IMG/VR virus record: IMGVR_UViG_3300022750_000190
DNA length: 64,000 nt
Direction: 5' to 3' (one strand)
Origin: a virus
Lineage: Duplodnaviria > Heunggongvirae > Uroviricota > Caudoviricetes
Below are positions 33,672 through 43,017 of this stretch, in pieces; the first letter of the stretch is position 1; each line of letters opens with the position of its first letter. The notes beneath the pieces were generated by a model. The model was not told where the DNA came from. It did not search any database and was given only the letters and a program-made list of their open reading frames with translations. The position numbers and the translations under genes were made by a program.

Positions 33672-34667
33672 ATGGCAATAATTCTAACAGGCGATAGACC
33701 AACAGGTTCCCTTCATTTAGGGCATTATATCGGCTCGCTTCGAAATCGTGTGGCGTTGCAACACGAACACACTCAATATCTGTTAATTGCCGATAATCAA
33801 GCATTAACAGATAACATGGGAAATCCCATGAAAGTTCGTGATAATATCATTGAAGTTGCAAAAGACTACCTTGCTTCTGGCATTGAACCAACTAAAACAA
33901 CTATTGCTATTCAATCTTTGCTCCCTGCAATTGCTGAATTAACTCTTTTGTATATGAACTTTGTTACTGTTTCTCGTTTAGAACGAAACCCAACAATTCG
34001 TGATGAAATCAAGTCAAGAAACTTTGGTCGTGATATTCCAGCAGGGTTCCTTGCTTATCCTGTTGCACAAGCAGCCGATATAACAGCATTTAAAGCCTCT
34101 TTAGTGCCTGTTGGTGAAGATCAAGCTCCATTGATTGAACAAGCTAACGAAGTTGTTAAAAAGGTTAACAGACAAGCTGAAAAAGAAATTCTTCCCGAAA
34201 TTACTGCTTTGATTCCAACCATTGGTAGACTTCCAAGTCTTGATGGGAAATCAAAAATGAGTAAATCTTTAGGTAATACAATCAATCTTTATTCCAGTAA
34301 TGACGAAATTACCAAAGCTGTTCGAGCTATGTTTACTGACCCAACTCATATTAAAGTATCAGATCCGGGGAAAGTTGATGGCAACGTAGTATTTACTTAC
34401 TTAGACGCTTTTGATACGAATCTTGAAGAACTTAATGCTTTGAAAGAACATTATATTCGTGGTGGACTTGGCGATTCCGTTATCAAGAAAAGGCTAACAG
34501 AGATCTTAATTGAAACATTAACTCCTATTCGTGAAAAAAGACTTCAATTGAATAATGAACACGAATATGTTCTTAGTGTATTAAAACAAGGGACAGACAT
34601 TGCAAGAGAAGTAACTCAAACCAATTTAAATGAAATCAAAAGACATTTAAATATGTTTTCTTTTTGA
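33672..34667 (+). CDS. trpS: tryptophanyl-tRNA synthetase
   Basis: HIGH-type motif TGDRPTGSLHLGHY, VPVGEDQ, YPVAQAADI and KMSKS, collinear with bacterial TrpRS. 331 aa. Confidence 0.85.
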   Translation: MAIILTGDRPTGSLHLGHYIGSLRNRVALQHEHTQYLLIADNQALTDNMGNPMKVRDNIIEVAKDYLASGIEPTKTTIAIQSLLPAIAELTLLYMNFVTVSRLERNPTIRDEIKSRNFGRDIPAGFLAYPVAQAADITAFKASLVPVGEDQAPLIEQANEVVKKVNRQAEKEILPEITALIPTIGRLPSLDGKSKMSKSLGNTINLYSSNDEITKAVRAMFTDPTHIKVSDPGKVDGNVVFTYLDAFDTNLEELNALKEHYIRGGLGDSVIKKRLTEILIETLTPIREKRLQLNNEHEYVLSVLKQGTDIAREVTQTNLNEIKRHLNMFSF

Positions 34668-34693
34668 TTCAACCAACTTACAGGGAAAATATT

Positions 34694-35254
34694 ATGGGAT
34701 ATACAACTGATTTTTATGGCACTTTTAAAATCACACCAGCTTTAAAAGAAGAGCATAAAGAATATTTACTTGCATTTTCTGATAGCAGAAGAATGAAGCG
34801 TAATGCTCAAAAATGTGAATCACTTCATGATCCTATTAGATTGGCAGTTGAACTCCCTGTTGGCATAGAAGGTGAGTTCGTTGTATCACAAACTGGATAT
34901 GATGACAAATCAATTATTGAACGCAATAGTCCATCTTCAACTCAACCGGGGCTTTGGTGTCAATGGATTCCCAATGATGAAGGCACTGAACTAAAATGGA
35001 ATGGTGCTGAAAAATTCTATGCTTATATAGAATGGCTTGACTATCTTCATACGAAGTTATTTAAACCATGGGGCTACACTTTGGAAGGGATGGTTAAATG
35101 GCGAGGCGAAGATCATGATGATACTGGTAGAATTACTTTCAAAGATAATATATTAAGTCACCAAACTCAAAAGCAACGTGATGATTTACTGGATGAATTT
35201 CTTGAAAAACAAGAAACTGAAAAACCTTCTATTGACTTAAAGAAAAGAGACTAA
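34694..35254 (+). CDS. hypothetical protein, paralog family X (member 1 of 3)
   Basis: MGYTTDF.G.F.ITP.LKEEHK.YL...QPGLWCQW.P...G..L.W.GAEKFY.YIEWL.YL. ATG at 34694 with RBS AGGGAAAA. Confidence 0.5.
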   Translation: MGYTTDFYGTFKITPALKEEHKEYLLAFSDSRRMKRNAQKCESLHDPIRLAVELPVGIEGEFVVSQTGYDDKSIIERNSPSSTQPGLWCQWIPNDEGTELKWNGAEKFYAYIEWLDYLHTKLFKPWGYTLEGMVKWRGEDHDDTGRITFKDNILSHQTQKQRDDLLDEFLEKQETEKPSIDLKKRD

Positions 35255-35259
35255 ATATT

Positions 35260-36456
35260 ATGTTTTTTGAACACTTAAAATTAGAAAAAGAAGATTTCAA
35301 AGATTTCTTAGTATCTAAGAAATTGGAAGTTATTGAATTGACTATCAGAGAGGATTACTTTTCTTTTTCAAACACGAAACAAAATGGTCATTTTATTATC
35401 GCTAATGGCCCACTTGATAAATTACTAGGCTTCATTTTCTCTAATTTCACAAAGCCCCAATTTCGAGAAATGATGGTTAACATTGAACAGCTTCTATCAC
35501 TCGCTAATAACGAAGTTTCTTTTGATGGCTTATACAAAAAGACTACATTAACTTTTATATTTGAAGGTGATAAAATCAGTATGATGATAGACAAAGTTCT
35601 TCATATACTCATTGATAATACTGACACTGTTAATTTCTCATTATCTGGTATTGAATTTTCTTTTAAAAGAAACTCTAAATTTGGTGAGTTTTTAAATCTT
35701 ATACAACAAAAAACAAAAGAACTTTTTGAAAGTACTTACCATCTTGATTACACAATTGAAAATGCATCCAAGATAAAAGCGCTTATTAACACTCAATACA
35801 ACCTTAATGCCCCAAAATACAATTCAGCTATCGATCATAAATATGATCAAAATAAAGTAGCCCAATATATGAATGATAACTATGTTGGTGTTATGCTTTC
35901 TTCTGTCATAAATATGAATGAACCATTGAATTCATTAGTTACCAAACCAACGGTTGATATGTCAAGAAAAGTTAATCATAATGGTAAATTCTCAGGAACT
36001 GAACGCATTACATTTCCAGTAAATCACATTAATGAAACTGAAACACTATTAGACCATATTTTAATTAATGAATGGTCAAAGAAAACAGTTCAAATGATTA
36101 AGTCAATGACCGCATATCAAACTGCAATTAATGACCTAGATATTCGTCATGTTTCTTTTTTTATGCCTAAATTATTAGATGAAAAAAAAGATATTGAACG
36201 TTTTGAGCTATTCAGTATAGTTTCTGACTCAGTATCTTATGGCAATAATCAACAAAGTTTTAAAATTATTTTTGGTTTAAGTGTTCATATTCAAATTAAA
36301 GATGGCACTGCAATTGTTTATGATTCCAAATTTAAAACTTTAGATGAAGCTTATACTGACTTTATTGAATTTTTTAGAAAAAAAGTTACGAAAAAGTTGC
36401 CTAATAAGAAAATAGACACAGAAACTTTAAAATTATTAAACTTGAAAAGCATTTAA
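35260..36456 (+). CDS. hypothetical protein
   Basis: 398-aa ORF between TrpRS and the ThyA-family gene. Confidence 0.5.
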   Translation: MFFEHLKLEKEDFKDFLVSKKLEVIELTIREDYFSFSNTKQNGHFIIANGPLDKLLGFIFSNFTKPQFREMMVNIEQLLSLANNEVSFDGLYKKTTLTFIFEGDKISMMIDKVLHILIDNTDTVNFSLSGIEFSFKRNSKFGEFLNLIQQKTKELFESTYHLDYTIENASKIKALINTQYNLNAPKYNSAIDHKYDQNKVAQYMNDNYVGVMLSSVINMNEPLNSLVTKPTVDMSRKVNHNGKFSGTERITFPVNHINETETLLDHILINEWSKKTVQMIKSMTAYQTAINDLDIRHVSFFMPKLLDEKKDIERFELFSIVSDSVSYGNNQQSFKIIFGLSVHIQIKDGTAIVYDSKFKTLDEAYTDFIEFFRKKVTKKLPNKKIDTETLKLLNLKSI

Positions 36457-36466
36457 CAACTAACAC

Positions 36467-36507
36467 CAGCTTTTTAAAATTTACAGAGCTAAAAAGCTGT
36501 CTTTTAA
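36467..36507 (+). terminator. terminator-like inverted repeat
   Basis: CAGCTTTTTA...TAAAAAGCTG followed by TCTTTTAAT. Confidence 0.4.
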
Positions 36508-36734
36508 TAAACTGTTGGTGAACCTTTTTAAAAATAATAAAAATAATTTTTTTTAATCAAAAACATTCAAACAGGATGAATAAAAATGCATTGATATATT
36601 TTTATTTAATAATATATGATTGTTTAAAACCCCAAAACACTCAAAACAGAACTTTTTGCAGCAATCAAAAATATCTGCTTTTTTGAGGAAAATATATACA
36701 AAAACTTAATGTTATTATTTTTTATATAAATAAA

Positions 36735-37667
36735 ATGAATGATATGCAACCTTTTCACGAAACCTATAAACAATTATTAAAAGACTTACTAGAATCCGAT
36801 GTTGAAATGAACAATAGAACTGGCGTTAACATAAAAGTTAGTGATACTCCTATTTCTTTCAATGTTGACTTATCAGATGGAGTATTACCTACAATTGGAG
36901 TAAGAAAAACATTCCCAAAGAGTGCCGCAGCAGAAGTTGCTTGGTTTATTAGTGGAGAACAAGATGTTTCATTTATTAAAATGTATGCTCCAATGTGGGA
37001 TAAATTTTCTGAAACCATAAAAAAAGATGATGCTGAAATAGAAGGCGTTTTAGCTGCTTATGGATACAGATGGAGAAATCACTTTGGAAGAGATCAATTA
37101 ACTGATGCTGTTGAAGCATTGAAAAAAGATCCTAGTAATCGAAGAATTTATATCTCTGCTTGGGATGCTGCAACTGATGGCTTGCTTGAAGAGGGTCAAT
37201 CAAATGTTCCATGTCCAGTAGGATTCACTCTAAGCATTGTGAAAGGTAAACTTAATTCTGCTGTTATGCTTCGTTCTTCTGATGTCTTTGTAGGGCTACC
37301 ATATGATGTTATGGGGCATTCTTTATTGATGGATTCGATTGCTAAAACATTAAACGTTGATTTAGGAATCATGCACACTACATTAGCACACCCTCATCTA
37401 TATCAATTCCACTGGAAAATGGCTGAACAATGTTTAAATAATGATATTAAAATACCTGCATTACAAATGCCTCATTGGAGTTTAGAAGAAATAGAAAATA
37501 AACCTAATGAGTATGTAGAAAAAATAAGACAAGATTCACTAAAACACGAATGGCCTGAATACAATCCCAAACCTTTTGTTGTTGATAAAAAAGATGACGC
37601 TCAAAAAGAACAGTTAAATGAATTAATCAAAAAACCAGCTAAAAAACAAACGCCCAAATTTAGTTGA
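36735..37667 (+). CDS. ThyA-family enzyme (thymidylate synthase / dNMP hydroxymethylase or methylase family) with Asp at the ThyA Asn177-equivalent position
   Basis: NNRTGVN, VPCPVGF (catalytic Cys region) and LRSSDVFVGLPYDVMGH align to ThyA RSCDVFLGLPFN, with the final Asn replaced by Asp as in T4 dCMP hydroxymethylase (RSNDVVFGFRND). Confidence 0.7.
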   Translation: MNDMQPFHETYKQLLKDLLESDVEMNNRTGVNIKVSDTPISFNVDLSDGVLPTIGVRKTFPKSAAAEVAWFISGEQDVSFIKMYAPMWDKFSETIKKDDAEIEGVLAAYGYRWRNHFGRDQLTDAVEALKKDPSNRRIYISAWDAATDGLLEEGQSNVPCPVGFTLSIVKGKLNSAVMLRSSDVFVGLPYDVMGHSLLMDSIAKTLNVDLGIMHTTLAHPHLYQFHWKMAEQCLNNDIKIPALQMPHWSLEEIENKPNEYVEKIRQDSLKHEWPEYNPKPFVVDKKDDAQKEQLNELIKKPAKKQTPKFS

Positions 37668-37719
37668 CTATATATTGTTTTTTCGTGTATAATTCCCATT
37701 CATTTAATGGTATTAAAAT

Positions 37720-38229
37720 ATGGGATATACAACTGATTTTGAAGGTTCTTTTCAAATAACACCAACTTTGAAAGAAGAACACAAACAATATTTGATTACT
37801 TTTTCTAAAAAAAGAAGAATGAAACGTGACTCCATTAAATGTGAAGCATTTAATGACCCCATTCGTCAGGCAGTCGAACTTCCCATTGGCATTGAAGGTG
37901 AGTTTACTGTTTTTGGTGATGAAGATTTGTTTTCTAATGATTCATCGATTATTGACCATAATCTCCCATCCCCTACACAACCCGGTCTTTGGTGCCAATG
38001 GATTCCCATGGAAGATGGAAATGCTTTAGTATGGGATGGCGCTCAAAATTTTTACAATTACATTGAATGGCTTGAATATTTAAAGACAAGTTTCTTTGAA
38101 CCTTGGGGTTATACCTTGTCAGGCACAATGAAATGGAATGGACAAGGTTATAATGACACAGGAACCATCACTGTTGATAACAACATCATTACTACTAAAA
38201 AGGGCTGGAACTATGGGATACACAACTGA
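37720..38229 (+). CDS. hypothetical protein, paralog family X (member 2)
   Basis: Same motif set as 34694-35254. Confidence 0.5.
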   Translation: MGYTTDFEGSFQITPTLKEEHKQYLITFSKKRRMKRDSIKCEAFNDPIRQAVELPIGIEGEFTVFGDEDLFSNDSSIIDHNLPSPTQPGLWCQWIPMEDGNALVWDGAQNFYNYIEWLEYLKTSFFEPWGYTLSGTMKWNGQGYNDTGTITVDNNIITTKKGWNYGIHN

Positions 38230-38749
38230 TTTCGAAGGTTCTTTTAAAATAACACCTACTTTAAAAGAAGAGCATAAATTATATTTAAATACATTCTCTG
38301 AAACACGTAGAATGCAACGTGATTCTACAATATGTGAGACTTTTCCAGATCCCATTCGTTTAGCAGTGGCTTTACCTATTGGCGTTGAGGGAGAGTTTAC
38401 AGTCTTTGGTGCTGGTTTTTATGGTCAAGATGACGACAAGTCGATCTTAAACCATAACAAACCACCTGAAACACAACCGGGGCTTTGGTGTAAATGGGTT
38501 CCAAATGAGGATGGAACTCATTTAGAATGGAATGGTGCTGAGAAATTCTATGACTATATTGAGTGGCTAGATTATCTTCACTCTAATTTCTTTAAACCTT
38601 GGGGTTATTCTTTATCAGGTAGTGTGTCATGGAATGGCGAAGACACTAATGATACTGGTGTAATCACCTTTAATGAAAACGTTTTAAGTAGCATGAGCGA
38701 TAAAGAACTTCGTAAACTTTCAAATGTCAACTTGACGAAAAAGGATTAA
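38213..38749 (+). CDS. hypothetical protein, paralog family X (member 3)
   Basis: ATG at 38213 overlaps the 3' end of member 2 by 17 nt in another frame. The track ORF starts at 38138. Confidence 0.5.
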   Translation: MGYTTDFEGSFKITPTLKEEHKLYLNTFSETRRMQRDSTICETFPDPIRLAVALPIGVEGEFTVFGAGFYGQDDDKSILNHNKPPETQPGLWCKWVPNEDGTHLEWNGAEKFYDYIEWLDYLHSNFFKPWGYSLSGSVSWNGEDTNDTGVITFNENVLSSMSDKELRKLSNVNLTKKD

Positions 38750-38754
38750 TTCTA

Positions 38755-39000
38755 ATGAAAATATCTTGGACAAAAGATGAACAAAATCTTATTAATTTAA
38801 GTATATTCTATGCACTTAAAAATCCAGTCAATGAAAAAACATCTGTTGATTTTTTAGGCGCAAATAGACCTAATATCGACATTAAAGAACTACCAAATGG
38901 AACAATCATTCTGACTGTTCTTGATAATCCAAAAGATGATACTGTTGCTATTTCAGAGAACAAGGATAGTCCTACTAAACCAACTACCTCAAAAGGTTAA
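38755..39000 (+). CDS. hypothetical small protein
   Basis: 81-aa ORF. Confidence 0.4.
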   Translation: MKISWTKDEQNLINLSIFYALKNPVNEKTSVDFLGANRPNIDIKELPNGTIILTVLDNPKDDTVAISENKDSPTKPTTSKG

Positions 39001-39005
39001 AAATA

Positions 39006-39797
39006 ATGGAAAATATTAATAAAGTTATCCAACATTATAAAATGAATGAAAGAGAAAACTTTGAAAAAACTGTTGTTGACCATTTGAATAATAAGGCATC
39101 CTTGATTAAGCTTTTAAATAATAAATGCGTTAGGTTTTTTGAAATTGCTGATGAGCTTAAAAATGATCGAGAGTTATCTCTTTTGGCAGTCAAGAAAGAT
39201 GGAACCAATTTTAAATATATTAATTCAGAATTTCAAAAAGATAGAGAAATCATTGTCGCAGCTATAAAATATCGACATGCAGACTTTGACTATATCCATA
39301 AACATATTCCAAGCGAAATCCTTAATGAACGCGAAATTGCTGAATATATTTTAAAGCATGGTTTCGACACTCTTAAATATTTAGATCCAAATTATGCTGA
39401 TGATAAAGATCTACTTCTTAAACTGAAAGTCGTAGCATTAGAATCAATGTCCGAACGATTGAAAAAAGATCGAGAAATTGTTTTGTATTGTGTTTCTGAG
39501 TTAGGAAATAAATTACAATTTGCAAGTACTGACTTGCAAGATGATTACGATGTTGTATTAACAGCCGTCAAAAATGAAGGGAATGCTTTGAAATACGCTT
39601 CTGAGCGATTAAGAACAGACCCTAAAATTGTAAAAGCAGCTATTCGTAATGAATGGGATGCAGCTAGTCATATGTCAGATGAAGCCCGCTCCAATAAAGA
39701 CATTATATTATATGCCATAAAAAAGGATTTTAATAATCTAGAATATGCAAGCCCGGAACTTCAAGAATATTACACAAAGAATCCTATCAACTGGTAG
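39006..39797 (+). CDS. DUF4116-type repeat protein
   Basis: Repeated units DRE(L/I)...A(V/I)K..G.(A/N)(L/F)KY(A/I).(S).(E)L(Q/R).D.(E/K)(I/V)V..A(V/I). Confidence 0.5.
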   Translation: MENINKVIQHYKMNERENFEKTVVDHLNNKASLIKLLNNKCVRFFEIADELKNDRELSLLAVKKDGTNFKYINSEFQKDREIIVAAIKYRHADFDYIHKHIPSEILNEREIAEYILKHGFDTLKYLDPNYADDKDLLLKLKVVALESMSERLKKDREIVLYCVSELGNKLQFASTDLQDDYDVVLTAVKNEGNALKYASERLRTDPKIVKAAIRNEWDAASHMSDEARSNKDIILYAIKKDFNNLEYASPELQEYYTKNPINW

Positions 39798-39815
39798 GAT
39801 TCTTTGCTAGTAATA

Positions 39816-40565
39816 TTAATCGTCCAAGCAATCTGTTGCAGCAAACAACTGGAACAGATGACGATTAACTCTACACAACATTGGATAGTTTTCCAATGCA
39901 TTTTCACAAGACCAATCTTCACCATCATATTTGTCTTGTTTAACACTCAGGAGATAGCCATCATCCCTAGCGTCTTTGTATCGGAAATGAGCATTTGAAT
40001 TGACATTCTCAATGTCTGAAAGCCAATTCCAGCTTCTAATCGACTTCATTTTCGCTGGTTGCATTTTTGTATCAACCAGATAACGGATATGAACTTCATG
40101 TGTTGTCAAATCAAGTGTATCAAAACCACCTTCTTCTTTTTCGAAAAACCTTTTGCGATTATTAATGTCGATTTTAATTACATAGGTAAAATACTCAGTA
40201 GCGCTCAAAAGAACAATACATTCGGGCGTATTTACCATGATAGCAGTGTATTCTTCATCGTAGTATTCATCGAATGGATTCTTTTTATCATGCTCATTTT
40301 TAATAAGCCAATCACACAGTTTCAAAATCTGAGGTGTCAACGCTTTGACTTCGTGAGCCGCATATTGCGCCATCATCCAGTTAATGCCGTTATTCAAAAA
40401 GCCATCTGTTCGACTAGAAAAATTCTCATGAGCAATTTCACCCATAATTTGTGGAAGCAGATGAACACTTTCAATGCCAGTGTCAGCAATGGCTTTGCGA
40501 ATTGCTGCTTTACCATCAACAAGTTTACGCTCTTGTTCTTTCATTTGCTTTTCAAGATCGGACAT
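39816..40565 (-). CDS. hypothetical protein (paralog of 40706-41467)
   Basis: Shares LP(Q/K)I(M/L)G..., CDWL..N.HDK.NP..., (Y/G)(T/S)AIM(V/I)N with its neighbour. RBS GAGAA. Confidence 0.5.
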   Translation of the reverse strand: MSDLEKQMKEQERKLVDGKAAIRKAIADTGIESVHLLPQIMGEIAHENFSSRTDGFLNNGINWMMAQYAAHEVKALTPQILKLCDWLIKNEHDKKNPFDEYYDEEYTAIMVNTPECIVLLSATEYFTYVIKIDINNRKRFFEKEEGGFDTLDLTTHEVHIRYLVDTKMQPAKMKSIRSWNWLSDIENVNSNAHFRYKDARDDGYLLSVKQDKYDGEDWSCENALENYPMLCRVNRHLFQLFAATDCLDD

Positions 40566-40705
40566 GATTATTTCTCAGTTTGGAAATCGGATTGAATGTT
40601 AGTAGGTAATACTATTTAATTGAAGAGATTATACACTATAATAATGCCTTTGACAAGAAAAAAAGCCCATCATCAGATAGGCTTCAATTTTCAAATATAT
40701 CGATT

Positions 40706-41467
40706 TTACTGATTTTCTTGTTCGTAAATTTTGTTCAATAAATCAACATTAACATGTCGAAGCATGTTCAAATTTTTATAAGCAGAGGAAGTTTTCCAGA
40801 GATCTTCTGATACTGGTTGCTGAACTGTACTTACAACATATCCTTCGTCCCTAAAATCATTAGATTTAAATAATTTAGCTTTGATTTCTTTTTTGTCTGA
40901 CAACCATTCCAAAGATTCGAAAGGAATCATTTCATAATCTTCTTTTTCCACTTCAATAGGGCATTCTATTGTGCGAACATGAATACCATAACAAGTAAAA
41001 TCAGTTGGATCTTTATCATCTCCAATATAGAATTTATGCTGGCTTTTATCAATTTTCACAATGTAACTGAAATCATCAGTTCCATTTAGCAAAACGGTCA
41101 TATCTGAATCGTTAATCATGATAGCCGAATAACCAGAGTTATGAAAATCAGTGTAAGGATTGGTTTTATCATGACCATTACTGGAAAGCCAATCGCAATA
41201 ACCAATAATTTTAGGAAGCAACTTTTTCATTTCCAAGGTGACGACTTCATCAATCACCCATTCAAAAGTATTACTCAGCAAACAACTTTCGCCTTTGTAA
41301 TGATTTTGAATAACACCACCTAAAATTTTAGGTAGGATCAAAGCACTCGAAGCGTCATTATCAGAAATAAATTTTTCAAATCCTTTAATACTATTTTCAA
41401 TCATTTCTTCATCAGAGATATAGTCCACGATTTTACCTTTTATTTTGGATACCAGAATGAGATTCAC
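40706..41467 (-). CDS. hypothetical protein (paralog of 39816-40565)
   Basis: Track start is GTG at 41467. An internal ATG (MIENS...) is an alternative start. Confidence 0.45.
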   Translation of the reverse strand: MNLILVSKIKGKIVDYISDEEMIENSIKGFEKFISDNDASSALILPKILGGVIQNHYKGESCLLSNTFEWVIDEVVTLEMKKLLPKIIGYCDWLSSNGHDKTNPYTDFHNSGYSAIMINDSDMTVLLNGTDDFSYIVKIDKSQHKFYIGDDKDPTDFTCYGIHVRTIECPIEVEKEDYEMIPFESLEWLSDKKEIKAKLFKSNDFRDEGYVVSTVQQPVSEDLWKTSSAYKNLNMLRHVNVDLLNKIYEQENQ

Positions 41468-41579
41468 ATTATACGATAATTGCTCTCAAAAAGTCAATCT
41501 GAACCACATGAAATTCTAATAGACAGACCTTCTCACTTGGTATACAATAATGTCTTCTCATAAACTAGGAATATAAAAA

Positions 41580-41867
41580 ATGTTAATTATCGGTTTGATT
41601 TTGTTTTTTGCATTATTAACAATCTATAGTTGTTATAAAATTTACAAAATTATTAAAACTATAGAACTTACTCATTCTGATTATAATAAAGGAATCATTT
41701 ATATGCTCCTGAGTTCTATTGCATTATTCATTCCATTAATGTTACATTTCCATGGTAATATTCCAGCATATGTTGTAGCAATTTGTGTGGCAAACAATTG
41801 GGCTTGCATTCTTCTTGCAGCAATTCTTGCTATTAAATATGATTCGTCTAAAAACTTTGCGAAATAA
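41580..41867 (+). CDS. small membrane protein
   Basis: 95 aa with three hydrophobic segments. Confidence 0.4.
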   Translation: MLIIGLILFFALLTIYSCYKIYKIIKTIELTHSDYNKGIIYMLLSSIALFIPLMLHFHGNIPAYVVAICVANNWACILLAAILAIKYDSSKNFAK

Positions 41868-41873
41868 AAGCAA

Positions 41874-41900
41874 TAAAGCACTCCTAGGAGTGCTTTAAAT
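41874..41900. terminator. bidirectional terminator hairpin
   Basis: AAAGCACT-CCTAGG-AGTGCTTT flanked by A- and T-rich runs between convergent genes. Confidence 0.5.
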
Positions 41901-41905
41901 TGGTT

Positions 41906-42385
41906 TCAATCTCTTTCTATAGAATAGTCGTCAAGGTTAAAATCATCTTCATCTAAACCAGCTTCTATTCTCCTGCGCTCATTTTCTTCCAAAAATTCTG
42001 TAAATGTATCACAACGCATACCGATTTCAGTTTCGTCTGACCATATAATAAAAAATCCTAAACCATTTTCTCTTGCATCATAAATCAAATAAGAATCATT
42101 TTCTGCAAACAATGGAATCCATTTACGTAATGGAAGGTTTCTTTTTATATCAAGCTCCCAATATCCAAGAATATCATCAACATGCTCATTCCAGTTTTCA
42201 ATAAGCTCGAAGTTAGGAATATCATATTCTTCGGCTGACATTAACTCAGACACCGGAAACCATGTTGCTCCATTTTTAGATAGAAACTCTTTATCCTCAC
42301 CAAGATACTCTAAATAATCTTGTGGCAACTTTATATCTAATTCCTTCTCTTTTTGTTTTACTATTTTCTTGAATTCTGCGTTCAT
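41906..42385 (-). CDS. hypothetical acidic protein
   Basis: 159 aa with RBS GGGAA on the minus strand. Confidence 0.5.
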   Translation of the reverse strand: MNAEFKKIVKQKEKELDIKLPQDYLEYLGEDKEFLSKNGATWFPVSELMSAEEYDIPNFELIENWNEHVDDILGYWELDIKRNLPLRKWIPLFAENDSYLIYDARENGLGFFIIWSDETEIGMRCDTFTEFLEENERRRIEAGLDEDDFNLDDYSIERD

Positions 42386-42598
42386 TTTTTCCCTTCTAAT
42401 TTTTAAAAATTGTACATAATTAAATACAAGAATTTGCTATTAATAAAAATATTTTAAATAAATACACTTACAAACCATAAAAAACTTAAAATAATCGATT
42501 AATTGTACCAATAATTAGTGCTCAAAGCAAATATTTCAATTGATTTTGAAAACCAATCAAGTATAATCTAACACACAACATTATAAGGAGTTTACATC

Positions 42599-42952
42599 AT
42601 GGCTATAGATCAAAATCCACTCTACAAAGTAGGTGATAAAATTGAATACATATTTAATGCTCCCTTGAAAGAAGGGCTTAGCTATAGGCACAATGTCTGG
42701 TATCCCGGTGAAATTACTGCCCATTCTACTGATTCTTCAACATCCGTTAAATTCATTGATGACAATGGCGATGAGAAAGAATCAACAACTTATTATAATG
42801 ATTTCATGGGCGGCTATGAATCAATCAAATTGATTATCACACCAGAAGAACTTGAAAAAAGACGCTTGGAATGGCTTGCTGAGCATATTGCTATTGCAAA
42901 AGAAGCCTATGAAGACCGTGTAGAATTCTTGAATTCAATCAAATTTTCTTAA
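42599..42952 (+). CDS. hypothetical protein
   Basis: 117-aa ORF with RBS AAGGAG. Confidence 0.5.
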   Translation: MAIDQNPLYKVGDKIEYIFNAPLKEGLSYRHNVWYPGEITAHSTDSSTSVKFIDDNGDEKESTTYYNDFMGGYESIKLIITPEELEKRRLEWLAEHIAIAKEAYEDRVEFLNSIKFS

Positions 42953-43017
42953 TACAACGATTAATAGCTTGCGAAAAAACTATATTTCAGATATAATCAT
43001 CGCATATTAAATCATTA

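Noticed and set aside
36735-37667. Group I intron interrupting the ThyA-family gene (as in T4 td)
   Set aside because: The reading frame is continuous across all conserved ThyA blocks. No intron-sized insertion is present.
39006-39797. YADD tetrapeptide (possible reverse-transcriptase motif)
   Set aside because: It occurs inside a DUF4116 repeat with no other RT motifs. No RT, retron or DGR template/variable-repeat pair was found.
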